Below, one piece after another: positions 1 to 9,415 of a stretch of DNA of 64,000 nucleotides (its first letter is position 1; the number at the start of each line of letters is the position of its first letter). The stretch is from a virus (taxonomy: Duplodnaviria; Caudoviricetes). The DNA is taken from positions 1 to 64,000 of the IMG/VR virus record IMGVR_UViG_3300031993_000053, one strand, 5' to 3'. Under the pieces are notes generated by a model, which had not been told where the DNA came from, did not search any database, and saw only the letters and a list, made by a program, of their open reading frames with translations. The position numbers and the translations under genes were made by a program.

Positions 1-27
1 TATAATAAAGATAATGACCTATGTGTT

Positions 28-339
28 GTGCTTGAAACAAATCACGATTCAGCTGATTGTGGAGAGTCGTTGTTTAATGGCACATTTAAAGATTTTAATA
101 AATTATTTGAAGAAGATGAGCGTGCATATGATAATCTTATTAAGCTATTTGATTACTATACAATTAGTATCCCTGATAAATTAATCCAATTAATGTCAGT
201 ACGATGCGCACAGGAAGGATATAATATTATCGATTATATCGAGCTTGCTCAAGAACTTCGTGCTACAGATGACATCCCGCATACTCTGTTTGAGTTTGGA
301 TTAATAGATAAAGATGAATTAGAAGAAATGAGAAAATAG
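28..339 (+). CDS. hypothetical protein (start uncertain, may extend past the window edge)
   Basis: ORF track; acidic 103 aa ORF, no recognisable motif. Confidence 0.6.
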   Translation: MLETNHDSADCGESLFNGTFKDFNKLFEEDERAYDNLIKLFDYYTISIPDKLIQLMSVRCAQEGYNIIDYIELAQELRATDDIPHTLFEFGLIDKDELEEMRK

Positions 340-346
340 CCTAACC

Positions 347-428
347 AAATTTGACCTATATTGCTTTTTATATATTAGATAATTAACTTATAATAATAAA
401 TATATAGAAACAATATGGGTCAAATTTT
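347..428. repeat. long imperfect inverted repeat upstream of the SNF2 helicase
   Basis: aaatttgacctatattg...tatatatt pairs with aatatatag...caatatgggtcaaattt; loop contains TATAAT. Confidence 0.7.
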
Positions 429-457
429 AGGTTTAAAATTAAGAAGGTGATTAAACT

Positions 458-1906
458 ATGATTTATGATAAATTATATGATTGGCAAAAGTCTTTAGTAG
501 ATAAAATTAAAGATAAAGATGCCTATGGATTATGGCTTGATTGCGGATTAGGCAAAACTCCCATATCTTTAGCTCTTGCTGAAATTAATAAATGCAATAA
601 AATTTTAGTTATAACTTTAACTTCTAAAGTCATGGAATCAGATGCGTCAAGTTTTGAAGGTTGGTCGGCGAATCTAACCCCATCCTATGAATTCATAAGA
701 TTAACTGGCAGTGCTAAAGCCACACCAGTTTGGGATAGCTCACCTACTATATGTATAACAAATTATGAATATTTATATAACAGAGATAAGAAGAAAGTAT
801 TAAGTATTAGAAAAGAAATCCTTAATTTTATTAAGTCATGTAAGAATCAGAATACATGCATTATCCTCGATGAATCGCATGAAATCAAAAATTCTTCTGC
901 TACTCAAACTAAAGCAGTTAATAAAATTTATAATTTAGTTAAGGCCTATGCGGCAAATACTAAATTATATTTATTAAGTGGAACTCCATTTACAAATGGT
1001 TATATAGATTTATATAGTCAATTAAACTTAATGGGACTAAACTGGACAAAAGAACGATTCAAATCCGAGTTTTGTATCATGGGTCATATCCATGGATTAT
1101 TAGATTGGCAACAACCAATTGTTGGATACAGGAATGAAGATAAACTTTTTGAGTTAGTGCATCAATATGCAGTAACAATAGATTCTAAAGATGTGTTGAC
1201 ATTACCAGAGCAGGTCTTTAACCATTATCTGATTCCGAATTCAAAAGAGTTTAATGAATTAACATTAGAAAAAATTGATCGAAAGATAAATTTAAAATAC
1301 AGGAATTTAACTTATCCTGATAGAACTTATTTGGCAGACACCCCAGGGGCCCTATGGTTAAGAGCTCGCCAAATAAATATTGGATTCCAAGGAAATGCAG
1401 AGGATTCAATTTGGTATAACCGATCGAGACTAAAAGCATTAGAAGAATTCTTAGATAAACATCCTGATAATTATGTCCTATTTTATAATTACGTTCCTGA
1501 GCTATTAGAGCTATTCGATATATGTGAGAAGTTAGATTATAAGATTGATGTCTTTTCAGGGGATATAAAATCGTTAGCTTACTATGAACAGTATGCGAAG
1601 ATGAATCCCGTCGATAAGATTCAGAACAAAAAGAGAATCATCCTATCCAACTTCGCATCTGGTTCTACTGGTAAAAACTGGCAGGAATACAACAAATGTA
1701 TTATCTTTAGTTTGCCTGTCTACAAAGATTGGGCACAGGGAATAAAGAGACTGCACCGTGTCGGTCAAAATAATACAGTAATTTATTATGTCTTTCATAG
1801 TAACAATTGGTTAGATAATGGTATGTTTGAAAGTCTAATGGAAAAGAAAGATTATAATGAAGACTTATTTAAGAGAGGTTTATCAGAATGGAATCAAGAA
1901 AGATAG
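458..1906 (+). CDS. SNF2-family (SF2) DNA helicase
   Basis: Walker A-like DCGLGKT, DESH box (IILDESHEIKN), LLSGTP motif III, C-terminal QGIKRLHRVGQ motif VI. Confidence 0.92.
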   Translation: MIYDKLYDWQKSLVDKIKDKDAYGLWLDCGLGKTPISLALAEINKCNKILVITLTSKVMESDASSFEGWSANLTPSYEFIRLTGSAKATPVWDSSPTICITNYEYLYNRDKKKVLSIRKEILNFIKSCKNQNTCIILDESHEIKNSSATQTKAVNKIYNLVKAYAANTKLYLLSGTPFTNGYIDLYSQLNLMGLNWTKERFKSEFCIMGHIHGLLDWQQPIVGYRNEDKLFELVHQYAVTIDSKDVLTLPEQVFNHYLIPNSKEFNELTLEKIDRKINLKYRNLTYPDRTYLADTPGALWLRARQINIGFQGNAEDSIWYNRSRLKALEEFLDKHPDNYVLFYNYVPELLELFDICEKLDYKIDVFSGDIKSLAYYEQYAKMNPVDKIQNKKRIILSNFASGSTGKNWQEYNKCIIFSLPVYKDWAQGIKRLHRVGQNNTVIYYVFHSNNWLDNGMFESLMEKKDYNEDLFKRGLSEWNQER

Positions 1907-2382
1907 GTAAATATACGATCTATTCTAATGGAACAATCCATGACGATAATTATGATTCATGGGTTAAACCATATCAAAATAATCAAGGAGAGCAACTCAT
2001 AAAGTTATTTGTTAATAATCGATATGTTCAGCTGTATCTTCATGAAACAATTGCACAGTTATTTATGCCAAATTATAATCCAAAGCTACGAACGGTACAT
2101 CTGGATGGTAATAAGTTAAACAATGACATTTCAAATTTAATTCAAAAAGAAGCTGCAGTAATTACTAGGGAAGAAAAAGCGGCTAGTTTACCGAACTACG
2201 CAGTTACATCCTATAATCCATATGACATGTCAACAATTAACTTCGCATCGCTCGATGAGGCTGCATTATATATTGTGTCAATTGGAAAAGAAGATGATCT
2301 GGTAAAAGCCAAGTTAAACATATTTAATGCTACAGATGATAGGTCTAAGACGGCTTACGATTGTAAGTGGAATAGTATATAA
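1888..2382 (+). CDS. HNH homing endonuclease (HNH_3-type with NUMOD1-like C-terminus)
   Basis: LHETIAQLF...HLDGNKLNNDISNL; C-terminal FASLDEAA...KTAYDCKW. Confidence 0.8.
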   Translation: MESRKIGKYTIYSNGTIHDDNYDSWVKPYQNNQGEQLIKLFVNNRYVQLYLHETIAQLFMPNYNPKLRTVHLDGNKLNNDISNLIQKEAAVITREEKAASLPNYAVTSYNPYDMSTINFASLDEAALYIVSIGKEDDLVKAKLNIFNATDDRSKTAYDCKWNSI

Positions 2383-2383
2383 T
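2348..2383 (+). promoter_or_regulatory. phage promoter class AACGGCTT-N20/21-TATAAT (variant AGACGGCTT)
   Basis: ACGGCTT, 21 nt spacer, TATAAT at 2378-2383, upstream of RBS and ORF 2417. Confidence 0.6.
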
Positions 2384-2416
2384 ATTAATATAATAAAGAA
2401 AGGTTAGGTAAGAAAG

Positions 2417-2596
2417 ATGGAAAAGATTTTTATTGTAGTTGCAGATGGCCAAGTCCAAAAAATTCTAAGCAAAGATGATTTAGAAATCGAAATTTTAGAT
2501 TTCGATAGTTGTTTTAGTGAAGATGAAGAAGAATCTCTTGCAGATTATTTAGAAGATTTAGAAGACAACAAATCATTAAAAATTATAGGGGTGTAA
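2417..2596 (+). CDS. small acidic hypothetical protein (59 aa)
   Basis: read manually: MEKIFIVVADGQVQKILSKDDLEIEILDFD...; RBS agaaaggt upstream. Confidence 0.65.
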   Translation: MEKIFIVVADGQVQKILSKDDLEIEILDFDSCFSEDEEESLADYLEDLEDNKSLKIIGV

Positions 2597-2598
2597 TA

Positions 2599-2793
2599 AT
2601 GGAACGAGAAGAAATCGAACAATTACAAAAATTATTAATTAAGTTACGCAAAAGAAGAATTGAAGTTTTAAAACGATCAGACTCTGGAATTGAATCATAT
2701 CCAGATGATGTAGTTTATGAGATCGATGACTATTATAAAGTTGTTGAATCATGCGATAATCTATTGGATGCTTTGGATTGTATAGTATGCTAA
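2599..2793 (+). CDS. hypothetical protein
   Basis: ORF track, tightly packed operon. Confidence 0.6.
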   Translation: MEREEIEQLQKLLIKLRKRRIEVLKRSDSGIESYPDDVVYEIDDYYKVVESCDNLLDALDCIVC

Positions 2794-2963
2794 GAAAAAT
2801 TTATATGAAAAAGATAAATAAAATCATTGCACCTTATACAAATGATTTTACTATAGTTGATTTTTTGACCTGGGTTTTGCCAGATATGTCTACAAAAGAA
2901 GTAATTAAATATTATTACAATACTAAAAGAGAAATTAAGGAAGGAATATTAACTAATGATTGA
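2778..2963 (+). CDS. hypothetical protein (true start probably 2787 or 2805)
   Basis: ORF track. Confidence 0.45.
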   Translation: MYSMLRKIYMKKINKIIAPYTNDFTIVDFLTWVLPDMSTKEVIKYYYNTKREIKEGILTND

Positions 2964-3120
2964 TTTGCTTAATGACAAAAAGACAAATAAGGACGATCCT
3001 AAGACTCCTTTACCAAATGCTACTAAAACAGTTACTGTAAGGGGCCCTAAAATCGGTGATGTTAAAACAGTTATTATTGATGCAAATGGGCATATTAGAA
3101 TCAAGGAAGGAGAATTTTAA
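2956..3120 (+). CDS. hypothetical protein (54 aa)
   Basis: read manually: MIDLLNDKKTNKDDPKTPLPN...; aaggaa RBS, abuts next gene. Confidence 0.55.
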   Translation: MIDLLNDKKTNKDDPKTPLPNATKTVTVRGPKIGDVKTVIIDANGHIRIKEGEF

Positions 3121-3540
3121 ATGAGAGATTTTAATGTAGTTACAAAAAATTTAGATAAGATCAACAAATTGGGATGGTACGCAGAAGCTTCTGATAAAGA
3201 TTCAGACTGGGTGCTATTAACTTTCACTCCTCATGGAAGAAGAGTTTACTTAACTTTGTCTAATGAGGATTTCTTGGATAACTTAGCAGATGTTATTGAT
3301 GATTTTAGTACAGATGATTATATGCATCAAGAAGTGTTAGTATGCGAAAAGAAAAATATCAAGCCTAAATATTCAGAAATTTTATTAGATGCCAAATGGT
3401 CATTTACTCAAATTCTAACTTTGTATAATGAGCTAAAAGGTATCGATGGATTCCATGATGATAATGACTTACAGGATGACGAATGTGAACAGCCAGACAC
3501 CCGAAAGAAAAGTAAAGAATCAGATAAACAAACAGATTAA
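3121..3540 (+). CDS. hypothetical phage protein
   Basis: ORF track; aaggag RBS. Confidence 0.7.
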   Translation: MRDFNVVTKNLDKINKLGWYAEASDKDSDWVLLTFTPHGRRVYLTLSNEDFLDNLADVIDDFSTDDYMHQEVLVCEKKNIKPKYSEILLDAKWSFTQILTLYNELKGIDGFHDDNDLQDDECEQPDTRKKSKESDKQTD

Positions 3541-3802
3541 ACATTATCAAGATTTGGGTATCAAAATTTATGGTGAATCTAGAGTTGTAGCAGGGGTTAA
3601 TTATAAAAAAGGAACTCCTGACATGTGGATCGTATTAAACGGTAGACACATTGAGTTAGAAATTAAGCGTGAAGAAGGTGGAGTTTTATCGACATCCCAA
3701 ATTCAGTGGCAAAAATATTTTGAGGACCTCGCTGTACCACACTACGTAGTGAGCAGCTTGGCTGACTTTATTAATATAATAGAAAAAGAGTTAGCCAAAT
3801 AA
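3446..3802 (+). CDS. VRR-NUC domain nuclease (true start probably ~3473)
   Basis: GTPDMWIVLNGRHIELEIKREEGGVLSTSQIQWQ, a typical PD..ELK..G.LS..Q VRR-NUC pattern. Confidence 0.85.
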   Translation: MDSMMIMTYRMTNVNSQTPERKVKNQINKQIKHYQDLGIKIYGESRVVAGVNYKKGTPDMWIVLNGRHIELEIKREEGGVLSTSQIQWQKYFEDLAVPHYVVSSLADFINIIEKELAK

Positions 3803-3853
3803 ATGACTAACTCTTTTCCATAAGGGTAAATTGGAGAACGGCACAAAAAGAAA

Positions 3854-4444
3854 CTATCTTTTAACCTTTGCTCTAAACATGAATGCCATATTAGGATATT
3901 CTTTATAGTTATCAGAATAATCTGAAATGTCACCATCGTCATCTAGTTGATAGCATTTAATATTTAGGAATGTCATAACAACATCACCTTCATATTCGTT
4001 ATCACCAGGTTCGTTATATTTATTAAAATTGATCATACAATGTTTAACTGTAGCCTTTAAGAATTGCCTTACCATTTCTTCAGTAGGTAAAGCAGTAAAC
4101 ATTAGAGCTGATTCACCGATGTTACACCAATCTTCAAGATACTCTTCTGCTCCTGCAGATCCTTTAAGAGAATTTTTAACAGTGAATGTTAATTTGAATT
4201 TATTGTATGAAGCTGAGTCTTCGATTTCGAAGTCCTCATCGATATCTTCATCATATTCACTTAGATCATATACCGTATAATCAAGGTCTTGAATTTCATA
4301 ATCCTTGACATAGCCTTCTTCAATTAATTCAGATAGTTTCTTACCAAACAATATCTCTTTTGCTTCTTTAGAAGACTCAGCTTGAATTTCAAGATTTTGA
4401 ATCCAGATATCTATATTAAAATCAAAATTATACCGCTTATACAT
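3854..4444 (-). CDS. acidic hypothetical protein
   Basis: ORF track; D/E-rich stretch YDLSEYDEDIDEDFEIEDS. Confidence 0.7.
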   Translation of the reverse strand: MYKRYNFDFNIDIWIQNLEIQAESSKEAKEILFGKKLSELIEEGYVKDYEIQDLDYTVYDLSEYDEDIDEDFEIEDSASYNKFKLTFTVKNSLKGSAGAEEYLEDWCNIGESALMFTALPTEEMVRQFLKATVKHCMINFNKYNEPGDNEYEGDVVMTFLNIKCYQLDDDGDISDYSDNYKEYPNMAFMFRAKVKR

Positions 4445-4446
4445 AT

Positions 4447-5289
4447 TTACTCTCCATACTTATTTAATGATTGAGTTGGAACTTCATTATATGTCTTATA
4501 ATATAAGTCTACATCATTTGACCAAGGCTTCTTATAATTAACACGAAGATTTGGTTTGTATATTTCAATAGGATTAAAATCATCGTCAGTTAAAGTTGGG
4601 TTAATAAATTTAATAGAGATCGTATCACCATAGCTTAAATCGATATCTTTAAATTTGAATTCATGTTGAGGTAAATAGAAGTTTACGATGTGTTTACCAA
4701 GTCGATCAAGACGTCGGCGAACTGCATCTTCTGACTTATAAACTATTTCAGTTACATCATCCATGTCAAGATTTAATTCTTGGAGAACATCAAAGAAGTT
4801 ATACTCTTCAGTAGGAATCTTCTCGCCCTTCTTAGCGTTGATAAAAAATTGAATCTTATCACAAATGGCATGAGGATATCCATCAGCATCATGAATTTCT
4901 TTAGGCATCTCTTCACGGAAGAATCGCTTGAAAATTTCGGTAGGAGTCACAGCATCTTTTTTGACCTTACCTTCTTCAGCTTCTTTCTCTTCAGCCTTAG
5001 AAAGTTCTTTAACTTCACGAGAATAAATTCCAACCCAGTTAAGTAGCTTGTTACCTTGGCGAAGCTCAATGTCCAAGCGTCCAGTATCCCAAACTTTTTT
5101 AAGTTCCTCGTCGGTATACTTTAATTGAGTGTTAACATATTTTTTGAATTCTTTATAGGCTTGAGTGGCATCTTTAAATTTTTTGATTGAATACCAAGTG
5201 AACACATCATCGTTGAAAGTTCCAAGGTAAATTTCAAAAACATCCGAATTAGTTTTGATTTCTTTTTTCTTATTAATTTTTTCTGGCAT
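4447..5289 (-). CDS. hypothetical multi-module protein (carries KKDA/IHDA motifs like the head-module proteins)
   Basis: ORF track 4447-5310; aaggag RBS places start at 5289. Confidence 0.75.
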   Translation of the reverse strand: MPEKINKKKEIKTNSDVFEIYLGTFNDDVFTWYSIKKFKDATQAYKEFKKYVNTQLKYTDEELKKVWDTGRLDIELRQGNKLLNWVGIYSREVKELSKAEEKEAEEGKVKKDAVTPTEIFKRFFREEMPKEIHDADGYPHAICDKIQFFINAKKGEKIPTEEYNFFDVLQELNLDMDDVTEIVYKSEDAVRRRLDRLGKHIVNFYLPQHEFKFKDIDLSYGDTISIKFINPTLTDDDFNPIEIYKPNLRVNYKKPWSNDVDLYYKTYNEVPTQSLNKYGE

Positions 5290-5312
5290 AATACAATTCT
5301 CCTTATACAATT

Positions 5313-5341
5313 ATTATACCATAAAAAATTAATTTCGTATA
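5313..5341 (-). promoter_or_regulatory. extended -10 promoter (TGGTATAAT) for the reverse operon
   Basis: reverse complement of attatacca at 5313-5321, ~25 nt upstream of the 5289 start. Confidence 0.6.
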
Positions 5342-5426
5342 CCAAAAATTCCAGAAAAATTTATTAAAAAAGTTTTTGCGATTTTTGGTTCCGAAAAAAG
5401 TTTTGCAAAAAAATTTTTAAGCCTCC

Positions 5427-5860
5427 AGAATGGCAGCGAAAATGGCCCCCACCCCCCTTAAATTCATATAGAATATATTTATATATTTTCATTGACATTC
5501 TAACAAAAAATTATACATTTTTCGTTTCCAAATTTTAAGTTAAAAAATAAATAAATAAATATAGCGTTGCCTCCAGAATGTCAATGAAATTTTTTGTTAG
5601 AATGGCAATGAAAATTTTTGGGTGATTTTTTGTTAGAATGGCAGTGAGATTTTCGTTGACGTTCTAAAAAAGTTTTGCCAGAATGTCAACGAATTTTAAA
5701 AGGCCATTTTTTGAGATTTTTCAATTTTCGTTGACGTTCTGGCAAAAAATAAATATAGTGGTAGGAAATTTTCATTTATCAAGTTGCCTTCAGAATGTCA
5801 ACGAAATTTAATAATGTTCGTAGAACCCTTAAATTTTCCTGTCAGAATGTCAGCGAACTT
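5427..5860. repeat. array of ~10 iteron-like repeats AGAA(T/C)G(T/G)CA(A/G)(C/T)GAA in both orientations (origin or pac candidate)
   Basis: forward copies at ~5427, 5575, 5599, 5635, 5680, 5792, 5844; reverse copies at ~5487-5501, 5651-5665, 5726-5740; inside an 800 bp non-coding gap between divergent operons. Confidence 0.85.
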
Positions 5861-5925
5861 GAATCCTATATCTGCCTTGCGGCCAGCTTTGGAACAATTA
5901 AAATTTTATAAGACCTAAATAAACT

Positions 5926-5961
5926 AAATAAAATCTAAATAAAATCCAAATAAAATTCAAA
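5926..5961. repeat. AT-rich tandem 11-mers (aaataaaatct/aaataaaatcc/aaataaaattc), DUE-like
   Basis: direct reading, adjacent to the iteron array. Confidence 0.6.
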
Positions 5962-6045
5962 GCTTGTATTGTTTTATAATTTGCTAATTTAGTAAGTTTT
6001 GTTTTCTATATATAATATATATATACGCATAAAGCTGAGTATATA

Positions 6046-6080
6046 TAACGGCTTTTTTCTTATTATATATAGTGTAAAAT
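6046..6080 (+). promoter_or_regulatory. phage promoter TAACGGCTT-N20-TAAAAT
   Basis: motif 6046-6054, TAAAAT 6075-6080, gene start 6114. Confidence 0.7.
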
Positions 6081-6113
6081 ATTTGTGAAATATATGAAAG
6101 GAAATATAATTAA

Positions 6114-6557
6114 ATGAGACTATGGCATTATAAACTTATACCTTATTTACCTAAAAGTCAATTGATCGCTCAATGGCGAGAGTTAAACAGTATTTATAAA
6201 AACCAGCCTAAACACATATTAATTAATTATGTTTATGAATATCCAAAAGCAAATTTAGCTTATTATTCTGCTTTAGTTATTAACGAGCTAGATAATAGAG
6301 GTTACAAAATAAATCTAAACAATTTTAGTAAATACATTACTCGAAAAGATTTTTTACTTTCAACAAATTTTGATGATGGAGATAATCCATTTCCACAACA
6401 TCACACTGATAGATATCTAAAACAATGTTTTTATAATTTGCAAGAAAAATTTGATAGAGGCCAAAAAGATTTTTCTAAAAAACAATATTATAAATTATGG
6501 GAATTTGCTATTACAAAAACAGGACTTGTAGAATATTTAAATAAAAAGGAGTATTAA
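6114..6557 (+). CDS. pyrimidine-dimer DNA glycosylase / endonuclease V-like protein
   Basis: N-terminus MRLWHYKLIPYLPKSQLIAQWRE matches the MRLWH..L...LP..QL..Q.RE family signature. Confidence 0.8.
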   Translation: MRLWHYKLIPYLPKSQLIAQWRELNSIYKNQPKHILINYVYEYPKANLAYYSALVINELDNRGYKINLNNFSKYITRKDFLLSTNFDDGDNPFPQHHTDRYLKQCFYNLQEKFDRGQKDFSKKQYYKLWEFAITKTGLVEYLNKKEY

Positions 6558-6561
6558 ATAA

Positions 6562-6834
6562 ATGAGTAAAGCATTAACTGCATTAAAAAGAATAGGCGAT
6601 TTAAATGTTGATATAGGAATGTATGGACATAAAGTTAAAGAATTTAAATCATATCAAATTGTTGAGAAAGAACTATTAAAGTACGATAAAATTAAAAAAC
6701 TTGTTAAAGAAAAGAATATTGATATTGTTGCTTTTAATGTTGCATCAAATGTTACAGCATATAATAATATTGTTGATAACGAAAATAAACTTACAAGAGA
6801 AGAATTTATGTTATTGAAAGGAATATTTAAATGA
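6562..6834 (+). CDS. small modular hypothetical protein
   Basis: ORF track; C-terminal LTREEFMLLKGIF module shared with neighbours. Confidence 0.7.
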   Translation: MSKALTALKRIGDLNVDIGMYGHKVKEFKSYQIVEKELLKYDKIKKLVKEKNIDIVAFNVASNVTAYNNIVDNENKLTREEFMLLKGIFK

Positions 6835-7109
6835 GTAATAAATTAACAATTAATGAAATATGTAATCAATGTAAGAATTGTAATAATTTAATGATTGTAG
6901 ACGAAGACGAAAATAGAACTTGTCTTTTTGGATATACTTTATCTATTCAAAATAATAATTGTAAAAGCTTTTCTCCAAATGAGATTACTAACTTAACAAA
7001 ATTTGATTATATTAAAAATGCTTATGACTTTTATAAAAATAGTAATCAAACTGGAAGAGATAAAGAACTATTTGTTGAAACAATATTTAGTATAATGGAG
7101 GATAAATAA
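6831..7109 (+). CDS. Cys-rich hypothetical protein (possible Zn ribbon)
   Basis: CNQCKNC...C...C pattern. Confidence 0.65.
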   Translation: MSNKLTINEICNQCKNCNNLMIVDEDENRTCLFGYTLSIQNNNCKSFSPNEITNLTKFDYIKNAYDFYKNSNQTGRDKELFVETIFSIMEDK

Positions 7110-7508
7110 ATGAGTAAGTATGTAAGAACTAATGATGGTATATATGAATTAAATCCAAATAATTATGTTGTTGAACTGGGGTTTGATGATTTTGTTACGA
7201 TAAATGCCGTACACAAAGGGATATTAGGAATAAAAAGTGATAGTATATTACAACAAGCCGACACAATTAAAGAATTGTGTGATGGATTTTGTCTCGAAGT
7301 AGAAAGTGAACACTATCATAATTGTTTAACTAATTTACTTAATAATATTTTTGTTAATTATAAAGCGTTTATGCGAAATTATAATAATTGGTTTGAGCGA
7401 TTAAAATATGGTGAAGTCACTAAACTTAGTGGTTATGGATTTATTAAAACTGATAAAGGTCTAATATATGTTTGTAAGGTTGAAGACGGAGGACTAAGGC
7501 TAATATGA
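7110..7508 (+). CDS. hypothetical protein, paralogue family A
   Basis: YVRTNDG...ILQQADTIKELCDGF, shared with 7986 and 19087. Confidence 0.7.
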   Translation: MSKYVRTNDGIYELNPNNYVVELGFDDFVTINAVHKGILGIKSDSILQQADTIKELCDGFCLEVESEHYHNCLTNLLNNIFVNYKAFMRNYNNWFERLKYGEVTKLSGYGFIKTDKGLIYVCKVEDGGLRLI

Positions 7509-8005
7509 AAATTAATATTGATAGTTTAATAGAAAGTAGTATGGAAGAACTTTTAAAAGCAAAAAATCGAAATGAAATTACCACTGACGAAATTGGTAAT
7601 AAAGTTTGTGATATGTTTAACGAAGAATTTAAAAAGGCTGCAAAAGAAAATATATTAAATACTAATATGAATAGATTGACTCAAAAAGAAAAATTTGGTT
7701 ATTCTGGCGATTGTAGACAAATATGTTTATGTAGCGATAAGCTTGGTAAGTATGAAGATATTGATGAAGAAATTGGTATTGATTATATCACACTAAATAA
7801 GTTAAGAACTGCTAATAAAATCTATGTTAAATTTTTTGATGAGATTCAAGAGTGGAATAAATTTAAAATTGATTTAAGATATTGTAAAATTTATTATGGG
7901 TATAATCATGGAAAAGGTTATGGACTAAATCAACCACTATCAAATTATGGTAAAGGGTTTGCTATTACAAGAAAGGAGTTAGCAAATGAATTACGTGAGA
8001 ACTGA
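7505..8005 (+). CDS. hypothetical protein, paralogue family B
   Basis: KLGKYEDIDEEIG module, shared with 8471 and 17001. Confidence 0.7.
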   Translation: MKINIDSLIESSMEELLKAKNRNEITTDEIGNKVCDMFNEEFKKAAKENILNTNMNRLTQKEKFGYSGDCRQICLCSDKLGKYEDIDEEIGIDYITLNKLRTANKIYVKFFDEIQEWNKFKIDLRYCKIYYGYNHGKGYGLNQPLSNYGKGFAITRKELANELREN

Positions 8006-8474
8006 AAAAGGAGAAATATTAGATTTAGAAAATATAAAATTTAAAACTTTAGATAATGAATTATATTATAAAAATTTTATTTTCGAAAAAATTAGACAAG
8101 ACGGTAATGATATAAAATTAGATTATTCTGCTATAGGAACAGAACAAAATCATTTAGAAGAACAAAGAAATAAAATATGTAGTTTTTCGTTAATTAAATA
8201 TAACGATAAAATATTAGAACAAGCAAACACAATAGGAGAATTGTGTGATGAGTTTTTACTAATCGATAAAAAACAAAATATATCTTTCATAATTTTAAAT
8301 ATCAATAATAAAAAAGATTACTGGTTTAAATATGATGACAATGACATTGTATACGAACTTAAGAAAGATGAAATAGTTTGTGGTTCAGTATGGATATTTG
8401 ATGAAAATAATATTCCTACATTAAAACCTGTTGCTAAATTAAATAATGAGAAAGGAGTATTTGAATTGATATGA
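7986..8474 (+). CDS. hypothetical protein, paralogue family A
   Basis: YVRTEKG...ILEQANTIGELCDEF. Confidence 0.7.
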   Translation: MNYVRTEKGEILDLENIKFKTLDNELYYKNFIFEKIRQDGNDIKLDYSAIGTEQNHLEEQRNKICSFSLIKYNDKILEQANTIGELCDEFLLIDKKQNISFIILNINNKKDYWFKYDDNDIVYELKKDEIVCGSVWIFDENNIPTLKPVAKLNNEKGVFELI

Positions 8475-8794
8475 ATAGATTAACGAATGAAAAAATGAAA
8501 ATTGAATTATCAGATACTAAGAAATATAATTTGATAGTGCATAAAATGTTTAATAAATTAAGTGAGTATGAAGATATTGAAGAAATATGCGAAAAAATAT
8601 CTAAACAAATTGTCTATCAAAAATTAAATGATGGTACAATAATTGAAGAAAACTTTTGGGATTGTACCGTTGTGTATAATTTTAAAACACGTGAAATTAA
8701 AATATATGAATATGATTTCAGAGATTCGTTAGAAATAGACAAAATCGATATTGAGTGGTCGTTCTATAGAGAAAGGTTAGAAAATGACAAGTAA
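8471..8794 (+). CDS. hypothetical protein, paralogue family B
   Basis: KLSEYEDIEE...WSFYRERL. Confidence 0.7.
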   Translation: MNRLTNEKMKIELSDTKKYNLIVHKMFNKLSEYEDIEEICEKISKQIVYQKLNDGTIIEENFWDCTVVYNFKTREIKIYEYDFRDSLEIDKIDIEWSFYRERLENDK

Positions 8795-8927
8795 AGAAGC
8801 GCTAAATGAAATAAAAAATTATCAATTAGTTCATTATGATGAAAATGGACAAAAGGACCCATTGCAAAAAATTTGTTAACTAAAGAAGAGCAAGATTTAC
8901 TTGAAGAGGTGCTTGAAGATGAATGAG
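8784..8927 (+). CDS. 47 aa modular hypothetical protein
   Basis: read manually: MTSKEALNEIK...LLTKEEQDLLEEVLEDE; both termini are shared modules. Confidence 0.6.
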
Positions 8928-9107
8928 TATTATGCAAAAGAATTTGCTAGTTTAATGAAACATTATCTTAATGTTCCTGATTTTGTCGAGTATATGTTGA
9001 CAGATGAGCTCCTATCTGGAAATTTTGAACAAGTTATAGAATTTATTGTAATTAAAAAACATAAAAATCTTAAAGAGGAATTTGAAAATATAGGAGGAAA
9101 AAAATGA
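8920..9107 (+). CDS. hypothetical protein
   Basis: ORF track 8901-9107; gaggtg RBS favours ATG 8920. Confidence 0.6.
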
Positions 9108-9415
9108 CACTAATTTATGGAAAATATACTATTTTTGGAACGGTTGATGAAATTCGTGAGTTCATAACAAAAGAAGCAGGAACAACTGTATCAGTTCCGT
9201 CAAATTTTTCAAACGAATGCATTATACTTGATCCTGATAAGAATGTATATATATCAAACACAAAAAAATGGGAACCACAAACTTATAACTGCCCTCAATG
9301 TAAATTTCTTATACCAGCTGATGATCTAGGAATAACTGGTCGTTGTTCAAAAGGAAAATTACCTTTTGAAATGATAGGATGCAAAGATTTTGTGGAGATA
9401 AAAAATGACAAGTAG
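9104..9415 (+). CDS. hypothetical protein with C-terminal Zn-finger-like motif
   Basis: CPQCKF...GRCSKG...GCKDF. Confidence 0.65.
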   Translation: MTLIYGKYTIFGTVDEIREFITKEAGTTVSVPSNFSNECIILDPDKNVYISNTKKWEPQTYNCPQCKFLIPADDLGITGRCSKGKLPFEMIGCKDFVEIKNDK

